A DNA stretch of 64,000 nucleotides, from assembly GCA_002633005.1 (NCBI GenBank), contig NMRA01000420.1, forward strand, positions 288,070 through 352,069, given 5' to 3'. The translations under genes and the position numbers were made by a program. Position 1 is the stretch's first letter; each line of letters starts with the position of its first letter. This document shows positions 62,007-64,000 of the stretch, one piece after another. The notes beneath the pieces are model-generated. The model searched no databases and was not told the DNA's origin. It saw only the letters and a list, made by a program, of their open reading frames with translations. The stretch comes from Phoronis australis (lineage: Eukaryota; Animalia; Phoronida).

Positions 62007-64000
62007 GTAAGTCTGTGTTTGTAGCTCCGCGGCACATCATTCATAATGCTACAAGGGAGGTTATTCAACATAGTCAAACAAAGGCCCCCCGCGAAAAAAG
62101 CATAAACCTGTGATCTCTCCAGCAACTACGATGAAAAGGGATGATTCAGGAGTCCACCTGTTGGTTCAAAAACGAAATCGCAGCAACAGCTCCGGTGACT
62201 ATTCAAAAAACACTTCAAAGTTCTTACAGCCCCACAAAGTGTTGGTAGTAAAACTAATTTAAAACGCAGTGTACTAGGCGCTTCTAGGCAATGCCTATCT
62301 AGGAAAGTCGTGAGGAGGTAGGTCTACGCTTCTTAGTGTATAGAAATCTATGTTCAATTTTAAAATTATGACATTTACCCAATAGCCCTAAAACTATTTC
62401 TTGACAATCAGTCAGGAGATACGTGTTCTGTAAATCGTGAGTTTGGGTCGTAATCTTCACTCATGAACACAAATTGTCGTTGTAACGGCAAGTGGGTGGA
62501 CGTCAACTCTATGTCTTATAGCGCAATTGTTCTTGTAACTTCAAGTGTGTGGACGTCGACTTGGTGTCCTATAGCACCAATTGTTATTGTAACGGCAAAT
62601 GAGTGCTCGTCAACTCGATGTCTTAACGTAATTGTAAACCTCAAAACAAAATCAATCACACTTTTGATGTCTTAACATTGATTTAGCCTTTTACAGGAAT
62701 CAAAATAAATTTAAACACAAGCTTTTTTAGAGATTTTTCCCCAACCACTTTCCTCCGTCTATCTCTTCTATTTCTGTCGATGATTTAGCTCCGCCCAGTG
62801 ACCAAATTACACTTTCGGTAATTTCCGCGATCGGCCGAGTACTACCGAACGTTTTAAATTTACCGAGTCAATATTCATTCATACATGTACACAGAATTTA
62901 TGTTTCGTAATATTTTCAAAGTAATGTATTCATAATGCCTGAAAGATGCCTTTGACCCGAATATGGATGTATTTTAACAGGACAATCACGGAGCAGCAGA
63001 AAAAATGTTGGGATATATTCAGCAAAACCAGCGCTTCTGACAAACTTACGAAACGGCAGGAACGATGTACCGTATCAGATTTGAGTGCCATTTTCGGTCA
63101 AAACTATCCTCTCTGAGAAATACTATCGTTTCAAATGATATCCCGATATCCCGATAGAATGTCATTAGTTCACCGTGCTTCTGCCTACAAAATTTTCATT
63201 TTGTAAGAAAACTGGTGAAAGCTCCGTGTGGATCGCAATTGATGTCGTCAAAAAGCCAACTTCACGTAAGACATACCGAGATGGTTTTCACTGCCATTCT
63301 TGAAGCCGATGTAGTATCTCTTGTACAGTAATTTTGACTGAAACATGTCAACAGCTGGCACACGCATTGGTAATTGTTACACATTCTGTCTTCTCAATGT
63401 GTCTTATCTATAGTATAAATTGCTCCCTCCAAATTGTCCACGATTTTAATCAAATGCTTAGTATTCTGTCCAAATTGATCTACATGTATGTTGAAGTCAA
63501 TAATATCAGTCAGGCCTGACGTTGAAAATGTGAAACGATGTTGTAGAATTCATATATGCATTGGACTTCAAAATATGGCTTACCGTGTATATAAGCAGAT
63601 GACCTAGAAAGCTACGGAAATTTAATTTTGATCGCACAACCATGACGCGGCGACCTACCACTCATTTTCAAATAAGATTCTTTGGTAATTTTGTCACTAA
63701 TTGATCGCTTAATTTTTGGCTATGGAACTTTAAAATGCGCAGAGTCCTTCTATAATTGGTATGGGTGGATTCAGGATTTTGAGTTGGGGAGTGCACGGTA
63801 GAGTATTAGCCAGAATTTTTCCCGTCAGACCAGTCGCACCCTCAAAATGCCAAATGGAGTATGGAAGAATTTTAGGGGGTGGGGTGTGGCCCCCTTAACC
63901 CAGTGGCGGATCTAGGATATCACAAGGGGGGGCCCAACATTTTGTCCGGCTGTAAGCATTTGCGCAAACTGAACCACGATTGTAGATGCGCATAGCACCG

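Overview
Intron-rich, roughly 38% GC animal (probably invertebrate) genomic DNA. The ORF track is mostly noise, so I rebuilt the genes exon by exon. (1) UBXN4/erasin lies on the minus strand with 10 coding exons (12225 down to 1572); its last exon(s) lie left of the window, and intron 2 looks like a minor-spliceosome (U12) intron. (2) A complete STARD3/MLN64 lies on the plus strand (12 coding exons, 20943-39642, about 496 aa), head-to-head with UBXN4 across a CpG-rich promoter region that is partly duplicated. One START-domain exon occurs twice on either side of a single-N join, most likely as two haplotypes. (3) The 42-64 kb region is CpG-retaining and rich in transposons. It includes a decayed ISL2EU-type element (THAP transposase plus SAP/YqaJ nuclease) nested in a 9-bp-TSD element, and an empty-site copy within the window confirms its AT target duplication. 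The same region holds a signal-peptide exon and two paralogous phase-1 exons ending in VKR-A-[ED]-S, which suggest an unannotated secreted, convertase-processed precursor. Minisatellites cluster at exon edges: one amplifies a splice donor, one an acceptor, and one a transposon end. No rRNA, intact tRNA or CRISPR array was seen. Single Ns occur at 36675, 42034 and 55569.
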